A stretch of DNA of 44,710 bases from Elusimicrobiota bacterium (GCA_036574205.1 JAINCQ010000002.1:1-44710), one strand, 5' to 3'; positions 1 to 9,246 are shown, numbered from the stretch's first letter. Numbers and translations: made by a program. Notes: a model not told the origin generated them from the letters alone.

Positions 1-36
1 ATTAAAAGATCTTTCTAATATAAAAAATATTAGTAA

Positions 37-91
37 TTATCCACAGAATTATGAGATTATTGGCACACACAAAAACTATTCATGTGGATAA
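37..91. promoter_or_regulatory. Pair of perfect DnaA boxes in inverted orientation
   Basis: TTATCCACA at 37-45 and TGTGGATAA at 83-91 in AT-rich non-coding DNA; both match consensus TTATNCACA. Confidence 0.6.
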
Positions 92-139
92 CTAATATGG
101 TTACATTCTTAGATGAGTTGACAGGATATCAAAAATCTA

Positions 140-844
140 CTAAAAACCAAGTTTGAGACAAAGTTCTTTATAAATTTTTATGTCAGATATAAATCTTTCT
201 TTAATCTGATTTATAATAACATCCCTTTCCTCAGGTTTCTTGATCATTAATTTATATATTTCGTTTAACTCAAGCTCTTTCTTTTTTTCTTTGTAAATAT
301 CAGTCATTTTAGAAACTATAAATATATCATCCATAATATATCTTAACCTGAAAACTGCAGATTCAGAACCCAGCCCAAACTCAATCTCAGCTTTTTTAAG
401 CAATCTTAAAAGCGCTTTTAGGTCTTTTTTCTCATAAGCCTCATTGATCTCTCCCATACGAAATTCGTAAAATTCCTTTTCCCAACCTTCTAGATATGAA
501 AAATTATCAGGGTGATAAATTTTTGCAAGTTTTCTATAAATTCTTTTTACATCATTTATATCAACTTTTTCGCTCACATCATCTTCTTTATCCGCTGGCA
601 AATTTTCGTCACTTTCTTTTATGCCAAGAAGCCTGTTTTTAAGATCTTCTATGATTTTTATATAGACTCCAAGTTCTTTCAAATAATAACTCTTATAAAA
701 CTTTTTTATTCCAGCTTCCATTGATATATATTCAGCAACAGTCTCAAAAAGCTCTCGCTCTTTTAAAAAAAGAGTTTTTCTCGCCTCTCTTATTTTCTCG
801 TTATATTCTTTCTCTTTTGAAATAAGTGCCTTAGATTTTTCCAT
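140..844 (-). CDS. J-domain (DnaJ-like co-chaperone) protein with coiled-coil flanks
   Basis: Central VKRIYRKLAKIYHPD...MGEINEAYE is a J-domain with the HPD motif; the flanks are charged and helical. Confidence 0.85.
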   Translation of the reverse strand: MEKSKALISKEKEYNEKIREARKTLFLKERELFETVAEYISMEAGIKKFYKSYYLKELGVYIKIIEDLKNRLLGIKESDENLPADKEDDVSEKVDINDVKRIYRKLAKIYHPDNFSYLEGWEKEFYEFRMGEINEAYEKKDLKALLRLLKKAEIEFGLGSESAVFRLRYIMDDIFIVSKMTDIYKEKKKELELNEIYKLMIKKPEERDVIINQIKERFISDIKIYKELCLKLGF

Positions 845-845
845 A

Positions 846-1214
846 TCACCTTGCTAGAAAATACAATTTTAAAAGACTTTCAATCTTTTCTATATCCTGT
901 GGCTTTAAGACATAATCAAAAGCCCCCTCCTTAATACTTTTTGAGGCTATATCCATAGTAGAATTCTGGCATATAACTATAACACAAACATCTGGATTTT
1001 TGTCATGAGCTAATTTATTAACTTCAAGTGCGGTAAGCCCATATATAAAAGCATCTGTTATTACGATATCATAGGGCAAAAGAAGCAATTTTTCTCTCGC
1101 AACCTTAGCATCACTTACATGCTCTATTTTAATATCTTCATATTTCTTCACCATCTGGCAAACCCTTTCAATTACATATAATTCATCTTCTATAAAAAGA
1201 AGCTTTTTTACCAT
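846..1214 (-). CDS. Single-domain response regulator (receiver domain)
   Basis: LLFIEDE, DIVITD (phospho-Asp), GAFDYVLKP. Start moved to ATG 1214, which overlaps the upstream stop (ATGGTAA). The usual Thr/Ser position is Cys (VIVIC). Confidence 0.85.
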   Translation of the reverse strand: MVKKLLFIEDELYVIERVCQMVKKYEDIKIEHVSDAKVAREKLLLLPYDIVITDAFIYGLTALEVNKLAHDKNPDVCVIVICQNSTMDIASKSIKEGAFDYVLKPQDIEKIESLLKLYFLAR

Positions 1215-2407
1215 TCTATCCAAAGCCATTTAATCTTCTCCCTTTTGACAAACCCAGGATTTTTATTAGATAACTCTTTGAGCGAAATATATCCTTCTAT
1301 ATATAATAGCGGGGAATCTGCTAAATTAATTACTCTCTTGCCAATTTCTCTAAAATTAGCATCCATCTCTATCCTGACAATTGGCTTTAAAGGTTTAGAC
1401 TTATTTATAAATAAAACTCTACCCACCTCACCGCTTGAAAGTTTTACAAAACTTCCACATGGATACAAAGTAAGAAAAGAAATAAGCCCCTTTATAGCTC
1501 TATGATGAAAAAGCCTTCTAGTTTTCCCTATAAAACCAGATAAAACCTCATGCTCATCAAATGCTTCTCTATAGCTTCTTTTATGCGTCAAGGCTTCATA
1601 AAAATCGGATATAGAAATAATCTGATATACCTCCTGTATTTCATCTCCACTTAATTTAAAATATCCAGATCCATCATACCTTTCATGAGATAAGTTTATT
1701 GCCTGGCAAACAAATTTTTTCATCTCTTCGTCATAACTAAACACCTTTGAAGCAATATTTATTCCGTCTTTTAAATGATTTTTAATAGTTTCTCTTTCAA
1801 TATCTGTAAATTCCCGTTCAACAGATGTTAGCAAACGATAATTTAACATCCCTATGTCTATAAACAGAGCAGATACAATCGCTTTTTTAATTTCATCGTC
1901 TGAATATTTCAATTCATTCATTATCCCGCAGGTTATTATCGCAAGGTTCAGAGCGTGAGAATAAAGATAGTTTGCCGGCGTAAGATATTTAAGGAAATTT
2001 GCAAAATACCCATTTCCCCTAACTTCATCCAGTATAAGCTGTGAAGCATAAAAAAAATCATCTGAGATATTGTAATATAATCCCTCTGAAATTTTTCTAA
2101 AATCCCTTGAAACTATTGAAATAAGATTTGAATAGGTATAATGAGATTTTTCCCTTAATATAACCTCATCAAATTCTATTTTATCATTATCTATTGGTTT
2201 TATCCCCTCATCCATCTTATTAGAAAAACTTGCTGTTTCAGGAGGTTTTGAGGGTAATTCCTGAATTTTATTTTCTTTTTTATCTATAAGTGGAATAGAA
2301 CTATTTAAAGTATTTGAAACATCTTCTTTTATCTCTTTTTTTGAGTCAGGTAGATCTTCTCTTTTTTTTAATAGTTTTTCACTTTTATCAAGGTCTGAAA
2401 ATTTCAT
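1208..2407 (-). CDS. HD-GYP domain protein with degenerate active site
   Basis: YSHALN, ALFIDIGM (HD->ID), KNH, SHERYDGSGYF (HHE..GYP variant), ISDFYEALTHKRSYR. N-terminus is low-complexity. ATG 2407 preferred over TTG 2413. Confidence 0.8.
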   Translation of the reverse strand: MKFSDLDKSEKLLKKREDLPDSKKEIKEDVSNTLNSSIPLIDKKENKIQELPSKPPETASFSNKMDEGIKPIDNDKIEFDEVILREKSHYTYSNLISIVSRDFRKISEGLYYNISDDFFYASQLILDEVRGNGYFANFLKYLTPANYLYSHALNLAIITCGIMNELKYSDDEIKKAIVSALFIDIGMLNYRLLTSVEREFTDIERETIKNHLKDGINIASKVFSYDEEMKKFVCQAINLSHERYDGSGYFKLSGDEIQEVYQIISISDFYEALTHKRSYREAFDEHEVLSGFIGKTRRLFHHRAIKGLISFLTLYPCGSFVKLSSGEVGRVLFINKSKPLKPIVRIEMDANFREIGKRVINLADSPLLYIEGYISLKELSNKNPGFVKREKIKWLWIEW

Positions 2408-2543
2408 AATCAAATTTTACCACTGAGATATTAAATTTTCATTACATTTTTTTGTCAGTTTTTTCTTTTAAACTGGCAAAAGCAGAATTTACTTAGAAAA
2501 TCAAAACAAACATAAGTTAGCTAGTATTTAGTTTTAAGCAAGT

Positions 2544-3650
2544 TTATTTTAAAGATTTTTTATAAATCCTGTATTTTTTATAAACCTTCCCGCCAAATTT
2601 TTCTATTGTTTTATTTATTTTTATATTATCCTCAAGCGTCCATGAAAGCTCACCCCATTCCCAGCCAAGCTTTCTGGCAGTTTCTATTGCTTTTAAAATC
2701 ATAAGCAGCTCTATCCCTTTTCCTCTATATTCTGCATTTACTCCTAAGGCAAGCATTCTTCCTGATTTAATTTTAAATAGATATTTATAAAACATTGAAA
2801 AAATATTTAAAGGAGTTATTTTTCCATTTAAGGATTTTAAAACAATATTTAAATCTGGAAGCATTAAACAAAAAGCAACCGGAATATTATTTTCCCTTGC
2901 AAAAAAAATAAACTCTTTCTTAAGTATAGGCTTAAGTTCCTTAGTCATCTGCTCTATCTCACTATCGCTCATTGGAACAAAACCCCAATTTTTTTCCCAT
3001 GCCTTGTTATAAACTGATTTGACATCATCAAATATGGCTGATAAATTTTTAATATCGCCAAACTCTATACTTAGCCCCTTGTTGGCATCCCATATCCTTT
3101 GTGCCACATTTTCAAACCTTGAAAGAATAGCCTCATCATAAACCCATTTAAAAGCATATAAATCTTTTTCTTTTATATATCCATTTTTTTCAATAAGTCT
3201 TTGATAATAGGAAGGATTATACGGCATCATTATTGTATTTGGTTCATCAAAATTATCTATTAAAACCCCCCATGAATAATTACTTGAAGGATTGGCAGGC
3301 CCCATTATAAAAGAGCACCCTTTTTCTTTAGCCCATTTTTCAACTTCACTAAAAAGCAGGTTTGAAACATTTTCATCGTTTATCAGATCAAAAAAACCAA
3401 AAAAGGAAGCATTTTCGCCATGAAATTGGTTATACCTGTGGTTTATTATTCCTGCTATTCTCCCCAGAATTTTCCCGTCATCCTCTACCACAAAAAACTT
3501 TTTCTCCGCACATCTCCAGAAAGGATGTTTGTCAGAAAGAAGAAATTTAACATTACCTTTTAATTCCCCAACCCAATTCTTATTATTTCTAAAAAGACGA
3601 TAAGGAAAATCAACAAATTCATTTAAATCTAATGCCTCTCTTAAATGCAT
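2544..3650 (-). CDS. YghO-like double-GNAT acyltransferase, probable bacterial ceramide synthase (bCerS)
   Basis: Family motifs FVDFPYRLF..NKNWV, GRIAGIIN, FGFFD, MGPANPS, MPYNPSYY, AWEKNWGFVP, LGVNAEYRGKG, ELSWTLEDN. Lies 22 bp downstream of spt. Confidence 0.75.
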   Translation of the reverse strand: MHLREALDLNEFVDFPYRLFRNNKNWVGELKGNVKFLLSDKHPFWRCAEKKFFVVEDDGKILGRIAGIINHRYNQFHGENASFFGFFDLINDENVSNLLFSEVEKWAKEKGCSFIMGPANPSSNYSWGVLIDNFDEPNTIMMPYNPSYYQRLIEKNGYIKEKDLYAFKWVYDEAILSRFENVAQRIWDANKGLSIEFGDIKNLSAIFDDVKSVYNKAWEKNWGFVPMSDSEIEQMTKELKPILKKEFIFFARENNIPVAFCLMLPDLNIVLKSLNGKITPLNIFSMFYKYLFKIKSGRMLALGVNAEYRGKGIELLMILKAIETARKLGWEWGELSWTLEDNIKINKTIEKFGGKVYKKYRIYKKSLK

Positions 3651-3672
3651 CGAACAGGAGCTCCATTAAAGC

Positions 3673-4878
3673 TCATAAAGTTTTACTTTTATGCGTTCCC
3701 ATAACAGATTTATAACATTTTTCAAAAATATTAAGTGCTCTATCAAGATGTTCTCTGGTATGAGTCGCTGTAACCACAACTCTTAAAAGGGTTCTTTTGG
3801 GAGGCACGGCAGGACTTATTACAGGATTTGAAAAAACGCCGTTTTCAAAAAGCATCTTCCACAACATAAATGTTTTTTCGTTGTCACCTATAAGTATCGG
3901 GATTATAGGCGTCTGGGTTGGACCAATGTTTGCTCCTATCTCCTTAAATTTTTTCAAAAGATATCTTGAATTATCCCACAATTTTTTCCTTCTCTCCGGC
4001 TCTGTTTCTATAATATCTATTGCTTTTGAAATCGTCGCCACACAAGAAGGGGGTAGAGCTGCTGAGAAAATCATTGATCTTGAAATATGTTGTATATAAT
4101 CTATAACATCAGCATCCCCAACAACAAACCCACCAACTGAGGCAAAACTTTTAGAACAGGTTCCAACTACAAGATCTATTTCACCTTTTTCAAGCCCAAA
4201 ATATTCTGAGGTTCCTCTACCATTTTCACCTAATACACCTGTTGCGTGAGCATCATCTACTATAAGTCTTGCTTTATATTTTTTGCAAACCTCAACTATT
4301 TGCGGTAATGGTGCAATATCCCCCTCCATAGAAAAAACCCCATCAACAATTACAAGTTTTCCTCTTCTTTTGTCAATAGATTTTAATACCTTATCAAGAC
4401 TTTGTACATCGTTATGTTTAAATCTTTTAATTTCAGCACCACTTAATCTTGCGCCATCTATTATGCTGGCATGATCAAGTTTATCCACTATAACCACATC
4501 CCCGTTTGAAGCAAGCGCCGATACTACCCCAAGATTCATCTGATATCCAGTAGCATATATTAAAGCCCTCTGTCTGTTCTTAAATTTTGCAAGTTTTCTT
4601 TCAAGCTCCTCATGAAGCACAGTATTACCATTTAAAAATCTTGAACCTGCAACCCCGGTGCCAAATCTTTCTATGGCTTCCATAGCAGCAGACTTCATCC
4701 TCGGATCATTTGCAAGCCCAAGATAATTATTTGATCCAAACATTATAAACCTTTTACCGCCTATCAAAACCTCTGGAGCCTGCTCAGATTCAAGTGCTTT
4801 AAAATATGGATATATCCCCTTTTCTTTTAATTCATTCACAATTGTAAAATTTCTTACTTTTTCAAATAAATCTGTCAT
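3673..4878 (-). CDS. spt: Serine palmitoyltransferase (alpha-oxoamine synthase family, PLP)
   Basis: GIYPYF..ESEQ, MFGSNNYLGL, GSRFLNG, DHASI, DGVFSMEGD, DDAHA, GTCSKS (PLP Lys). N-terminus resembles Bacteroidota SPT more than BioF or Kbl. Confidence 0.82.
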   Translation of the reverse strand: MTDLFEKVRNFTIVNELKEKGIYPYFKALESEQAPEVLIGGKRFIMFGSNNYLGLANDPRMKSAAMEAIERFGTGVAGSRFLNGNTVLHEELERKLAKFKNRQRALIYATGYQMNLGVVSALASNGDVVIVDKLDHASIIDGARLSGAEIKRFKHNDVQSLDKVLKSIDKRRGKLVIVDGVFSMEGDIAPLPQIVEVCKKYKARLIVDDAHATGVLGENGRGTSEYFGLEKGEIDLVVGTCSKSFASVGGFVVGDADVIDYIQHISRSMIFSAALPPSCVATISKAIDIIETEPERRKKLWDNSRYLLKKFKEIGANIGPTQTPIIPILIGDNEKTFMLWKMLFENGVFSNPVISPAVPPKRTLLRVVVTATHTREHLDRALNIFEKCYKSVMGTHKSKTL

Positions 4879-4901
4879 ATAATAAACATTGTATTATTTA
4901 T

Positions 4902-5369
4902 TTAAACTTTTTTCAATTGAGATTTTCTCAATATTGCTGTAGTAGACCTACCTTTTAAAAGCTTAACTATAACAACCTTTTTAGCAAATTCTTTTCCAAC
5001 AACATTTTCCTTTGAATAATCCCCTCCCTTTACAAGCACATCAGGCATTATCAGTTTTATAAGATTATAAGGGGTAAGAGAATTAAAAACTACAATATAA
5101 TCGACATATTCTATCGCAGAAAGAACTATTACTCTATCAGGCAGAGGATTTACAGGTCTTTCTTTACCTTTAAGCGCTTTAACAGAACGATCGCCATTAA
5201 GCCCCACAACCAGGATGTCGCCCATACTCTTTGCCTGACTTAAAACTTTAATATGACCACTATGAATTATATCAAAACATCCATTTGTAAAAACTATTTT
5301 TTTCCCCTCTCTTTTCATTTTTTTCAGTATCCTAATAAGTTTTTTTAGAGTTATTTCTTTTGTCTTCAT
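4902..5369 (-). CDS. rfaE2: D-glycero-beta-D-manno-heptose 1-phosphate adenylyltransferase
   Basis: VFTNGCFDIIHSGH, VVGLNGDRSV..LKG..RP, PDVLVKGGDY, GRSTT. Confidence 0.92.
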   Translation of the reverse strand: MKTKEITLKKLIRILKKMKREGKKIVFTNGCFDIIHSGHIKVLSQAKSMGDILVVGLNGDRSVKALKGKERPVNPLPDRVIVLSAIEYVDYIVVFNSLTPYNLIKLIMPDVLVKGGDYSKENVVGKEFAKKVVIVKLLKGRSTTAILRKSQLKKV

Positions 5370-5386
5370 ATAAAGTTTAAAGTTTT

Positions 5387-6766
5387 TTATTTACCAATGC
5401 TTGTTTTTTCCAATATCAGTTTGGGTATAAATTCTTCAAGATATTTAGTATGAACATTGGCTCTTTTGAAATTTAAGTCATTGAGTATTTCCTTGTGAAG
5501 CCCCAATGTTGTCTTTATCCCTTTTATTTGAAATTCATCTATTGCTCTTGCTGATTTTAATATAGCATCTTTTCTTGTAGGTGCCCAGATTATCAACTTT
5601 GCTATCATGCTGTCATAATATGGAGGTATTTTATAACCGGGGTAAATATGGGTATCAACCCTTACTCCATTTCCCATAGGGAAAACCACATCTGAAATAG
5701 TTCCAACATTTGGCATAAAATTTTTTTCCCAATCTTCTGCATTTATTCTGTGTTCTATTGAATGTCCTCTGAAACCATCTACATATCTGGAAGATATATC
5801 CATCTCAAAGCCCTGGGCTATTAAAATTTGTTCTTTCACAAGGTCAACCCCACATATTGATTCTGTCACCGGATGTTCAACCTGAAGCCTTGTATTTACT
5901 TCCATAAAATAAAAATTTTTATCTTCATCCATTAAAAACTCTACAGTTCCAACACCATGGTAATTAGCACTATCAGCAAGTTTTTCAGTAACCTTTTGCA
6001 GTTTTTTTCTAACATCAGGTGTAACAAAAGGTGAAGGAGTTTCTTCTATAAGCTTTTGATGTCTTCTTTGAAGCGTACAATCCCTTTCTGGGAAAGCCAC
6101 TACATTGCCATGAAAATCTCTGGCAAACTGTATTTCTATATGTCTTGGCTTATCTATATATTTTTCAAAAAACACATCATCGTTTCCAAAAGCAGCCTTT
6201 GCTTCTTGCTGAGCCATTTCAACTTCTTTAATAAGAGAACTTTCTTCTGTAACTATCCTCATACCCTTTCCACCGCCACCTGCCGCAGCTTTTATCATTA
6301 TAGGAAATCCTATCTTTTTTGCAATTTTAATAAAATCTTTTTTAACACAACCGTTAGAACCAGGGGTTATGGGTACCCCGGATTTTCTGGCAAGCTCTCT
6401 TGCCATAGATTTATGCCCAAGAAGTTTTATTGAATCAGGATTGGGACCTATAAAAATAAGCCCATTTCGTAAGCATTGTTTTGAAAATTCTGCGTTTTCA
6501 GAAAGAAAACCGTAGCCCGGATGGATAGCATCCGATTTTGTAATAAGCGCGGCTGATATAATTCTGTCCATTTTAAGATAACTTTCCTTTGCCGGGCTGT
6601 CGCCAATGCATATAGCTTCATCCGCCATATCAAGATGAAGGGAATTTTTATCCGCTTTAGAATAAATAGCAACAGATTTTATTCCCATTTCCTTTAAAGT
6701 CCTTATAACCCTAACAGCTATTTCACCACGATTTGCAACAAGAACTTTTTTAAATTCTTTTTTCAC
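5387..6766 (-). CDS. accC: Acetyl-CoA carboxylase biotin carboxylase subunit
   Basis: KVLVANRGEIA, IHPGYGFLSEN, KAAAGGGGKG, ERDCTLQRRHQK, FMEVNTRLQVEHPVTE, YYDSMIAK. GTG start at 6766 follows an AGGAGG SD and overlaps the upstream TAG. Confidence 0.95.
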   Translation of the reverse strand: MKKEFKKVLVANRGEIAVRVIRTLKEMGIKSVAIYSKADKNSLHLDMADEAICIGDSPAKESYLKMDRIISAALITKSDAIHPGYGFLSENAEFSKQCLRNGLIFIGPNPDSIKLLGHKSMARELARKSGVPITPGSNGCVKKDFIKIAKKIGFPIMIKAAAGGGGKGMRIVTEESSLIKEVEMAQQEAKAAFGNDDVFFEKYIDKPRHIEIQFARDFHGNVVAFPERDCTLQRRHQKLIEETPSPFVTPDVRKKLQKVTEKLADSANYHGVGTVEFLMDEDKNFYFMEVNTRLQVEHPVTESICGVDLVKEQILIAQGFEMDISSRYVDGFRGHSIEHRINAEDWEKNFMPNVGTISDVVFPMGNGVRVDTHIYPGYKIPPYYDSMIAKLIIWAPTRKDAILKSARAIDEFQIKGIKTTLGLHKEILNDLNFKRANVHTKYLEEFIPKLILEKTSIGK

Positions 6767-8400
6767 TATTCCTCCTTCAATTGTTTTATATTTATTGTCC
6801 TTTCCCATAAATTAACTATTCCCTCATACCTCAATATATCAAATCTTTTTTTGCCAGATTTTTTTACTCTTATTTCCACTTTATAAGATGGGCCATTTAG
6901 ATAATTACATACATATTCAGTTTCATATTTTAACTTTGAAACATCAAATGTCTTTTTTAATTCACTATCTATAAAATCATTAATATTAACTCCATCTATT
7001 TTGTAATTTTTAAGATATTTAATAGCATCAGAACAAGATTCTCCTTTAAGCATTGAAATCCTTTTTTCAGCTTCTTTTTTTTCAATTCCATCTTCACATA
7101 TCGAAATAGCACTGGCAAGATCGTTCATAGCGCTGTTGTATTTTTTGGTTGCAACATATCCATCAGCCCTTGCTAAAAAAACAGAACACTTGTTTTTAAT
7201 CGGGACATCTGGATTTGAAATAAGCAGATCATATATTTTAATAGACTCTTCAATCCTATCTGTAAAGCGAAGACTATCTGCATAATTGAACCTATACCAG
7301 AATAACTCTTCTTCATTATAGTATTTTATGGGATAGATAGCGGAAAGTTCAACTACCCTTCTGCAACTGTCTATTGCTTTATCATATAACCTCATAAAAT
7401 ATTCGCTCCAGCAAAGATATCCGCTTGACCGTGGATCAAGAGGATCTATAAGATACAATTTCTGGGACAAAAACAATGATTTTGAAAAATCCCTCTGCGA
7501 AAAAGCCTCATCTATATCTCTAAATAAATTCCACACATAAGGCCTTGTCCACACTCCATGTTCTTTTACAAAGTTAAGATAATCATCCCTCCACTGTCCA
7601 TCTCCTTCTTTCAGTTTGTAAACAATAACACTTTGATTCTCCTCAAAATAATATATTTTTAAATCTTTAAATTCCCAGCTACCAATCTTAGAATAATAAC
7701 TTTCACTTGCTTTTAGATAATCGGTAAAACTCACAATAGTTTTTGAATTATTGGAAAGATAATTATAGGCTTTTTCATAATTCCTTTCTTTTAGCGCATT
7801 TAAATATTTTTTTGCTGTATAAAGCAACTCATATCTTGAAATACTCTTTCTAACAAAAAGAAGATAAGACGCTATAATAGATACCACAAGTGAAGAAAAT
7901 ATAATTATAAAAATTCTCTTTTTATAGTTATCTTTTTTAACCTGTAAAGTACTTGTGATTGGCTGGGCATTTTTCTCATCAAAAGAAGAATTTTTAATAT
8001 AATCTTCAATCTTTTTCTTTTCATCCTCCGTTTTCTTAATTTTGCTTTCAACTTCTTTTTGTTCTTCAGCGTTGATTTTTTGTTTTTCATTTTCTTTTCG
8101 ATAGCTGTCGTCTTTCTTCCAAACACTTTCATTGATAGGCTCAAACTCAAGCTTTATTTTTTTTTCTTCTTTTGGCGGGATATCATCTTTGCGATTAGAA
8201 GAATCTATTTTTTTTTGGGGAGTAAGAGCAAGCAATTCACCACAATTGTCGCAGCGTGATTTTTCAACAGAATTTTCATGACCGCATTTACCGCAAATTT
8301 TTACTATCTCTCCACCACATTTTATACACACATCAGTTATTATATTTGGCTCATAACCGCATTTTTTACAAATTATTTTACTTGGATTTATATTATCCAT
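6766..8400 (-). CDS. Double zinc-ribbon, single-TM, TPR-containing membrane protein
   Basis: Four N-terminal CxxC pairs (CKKC, CIKC, CGKC, CDNC), charged linker, hydrophobic IFIIIFSSLVVSIIASYLLF, NTF2-like segment (YEKAYNYLS), then TPR-like helices. Confidence 0.75.
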   Translation of the reverse strand: MDNINPSKIICKKCGYEPNIITDVCIKCGGEIVKICGKCGHENSVEKSRCDNCGELLALTPQKKIDSSNRKDDIPPKEEKKIKLEFEPINESVWKKDDSYRKENEKQKINAEEQKEVESKIKKTEDEKKKIEDYIKNSSFDEKNAQPITSTLQVKKDNYKKRIFIIIFSSLVVSIIASYLLFVRKSISRYELLYTAKKYLNALKERNYEKAYNYLSNNSKTIVSFTDYLKASESYYSKIGSWEFKDLKIYYFEENQSVIVYKLKEGDGQWRDDYLNFVKEHGVWTRPYVWNLFRDIDEAFSQRDFSKSLFLSQKLYLIDPLDPRSSGYLCWSEYFMRLYDKAIDSCRRVVELSAIYPIKYYNEEELFWYRFNYADSLRFTDRIEESIKIYDLLISNPDVPIKNKCSVFLARADGYVATKKYNSAMNDLASAISICEDGIEKKEAEKRISMLKGESCSDAIKYLKNYKIDGVNINDFIDSELKKTFDVSKLKYETEYVCNYLNGPSYKVEIRVKKSGKKRFDILRYEGIVNLWERTINIKQLKEE

Positions 8401-8413
8401 AAAACTGAAAATT

Positions 8414-8782
8414 TTATTCTATTATAAAAAGGAGTTGAGAATATTCAACAACATCGCCATCATCCACACATACAACTTTTATCTTACCGTCTGTTGGAGA
8501 GACGACCTCAAATTCTCTATTTAGAACCTTAACATATCCTAGCACATCCCCTTTTTTTACAACATCTCCTTGTTTTATTTCACTGGATTTACCTTTTTTT
8601 GAAAAATTAAACAACCCCACTTCAGGCGAAACTACACTAACCAGATTTGAAACTATTTTAGTAGAAGATTTTTCTCCTTCTTTAACAAGAGAAACTTTGA
8701 AATTACCTTTTCTAAAAGAAAGTTCAACAAGATCTGAATCGCTAAACCATTTATTTATATCTGAAATTTCTTCAATTTTCAT
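8414..8782 (-). CDS. AccB/BCCP-like protein lacking the biotinylated lysine
   Basis: AccB-like N-terminus (SDLVELSF) and biotinyl fold (VVSPEVGLF, VKKGDVLG, SPTDGKI, DGDVVEYSQLLF). EAMKM is replaced by KVLNR. GGAGG SD present. Confidence 0.8.
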   Translation of the reverse strand: MKIEEISDINKWFSDSDLVELSFRKGNFKVSLVKEGEKSSTKIVSNLVSVVSPEVGLFNFSKKGKSSEIKQGDVVKKGDVLGYVKVLNREFEVVSPTDGKIKVVCVDDGDVVEYSQLLFIIE

Positions 8783-8824
8783 AAAACCTCCATTAAAAAA
8801 CTACAAGTTTTGACATAAAAAATA

Positions 8825-9241
8825 TTATAATCCTGCTTTTCCGGGCTCAAAAGGTTTATATATAAGTTTTGACACCTTTATCAAACTAACCTTTTCCTTA
8901 TTTTTTTCTATTGGATGATAATCGACACATATCACATGGGAAGACTTATCAGCAAATTCAAGTATAACCTGCCTGCAGGCGCCGCATGGAGTAGCGGATC
9001 TTGCCACCACACAAATGTCTTTAATAGACTTTTCTCCATTTGCTATAGCCTTAAATATTGCCACACGCTCTGCGCATATTGAAAGACCGAAAGAAGCATT
9101 TTCTATATTTGTCCCGGTATATATTTTTCCACTTCCCCCAACAACACTTGCTCCAACTGGATATCTTGAATATGGCGAATATGAGTTTTTCTGAGCTTTT
9201 TTAGCAAACTCTATTAATTTTCTCATTAATTTTCTATCCAT
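8825..9241 (-). CDS. cdd: Cytidine deaminase (homotetrameric type)
   Basis: YSPYSRYPVGA, GTNIENAS, CAER, PCGACRQ zinc motifs. Confidence 0.93.
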   Translation of the reverse strand: MDRKLMRKLIEFAKKAQKNSYSPYSRYPVGASVVGGSGKIYTGTNIENASFGLSICAERVAIFKAIANGEKSIKDICVVARSATPCGACRQVILEFADKSSHVICVDYHPIEKNKEKVSLIKVSKLIYKPFEPGKAGL

Positions 9242-9246
9242 TTTTT

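Noticed and set aside
1..139. Definite oriC call
   Set aside because: Only two boxes are visible, there is no dnaA in the window, and gene orientation would be mostly head-on.
3673..4878. BioF or Kbl annotation
   Set aside because: The GIYPYF and GSRFLNG signatures and the neighbouring bCerS-like gene fit SPT better; no bio or tdh genes are adjacent. Not formally excluded.
6767..6808. N-terminal extension of accC (likewise mtnP to 10146 and the receiver gene to 1229)
   Set aside because: Downstream starts have SD sequences or stop/start coupling and match family N-termini.
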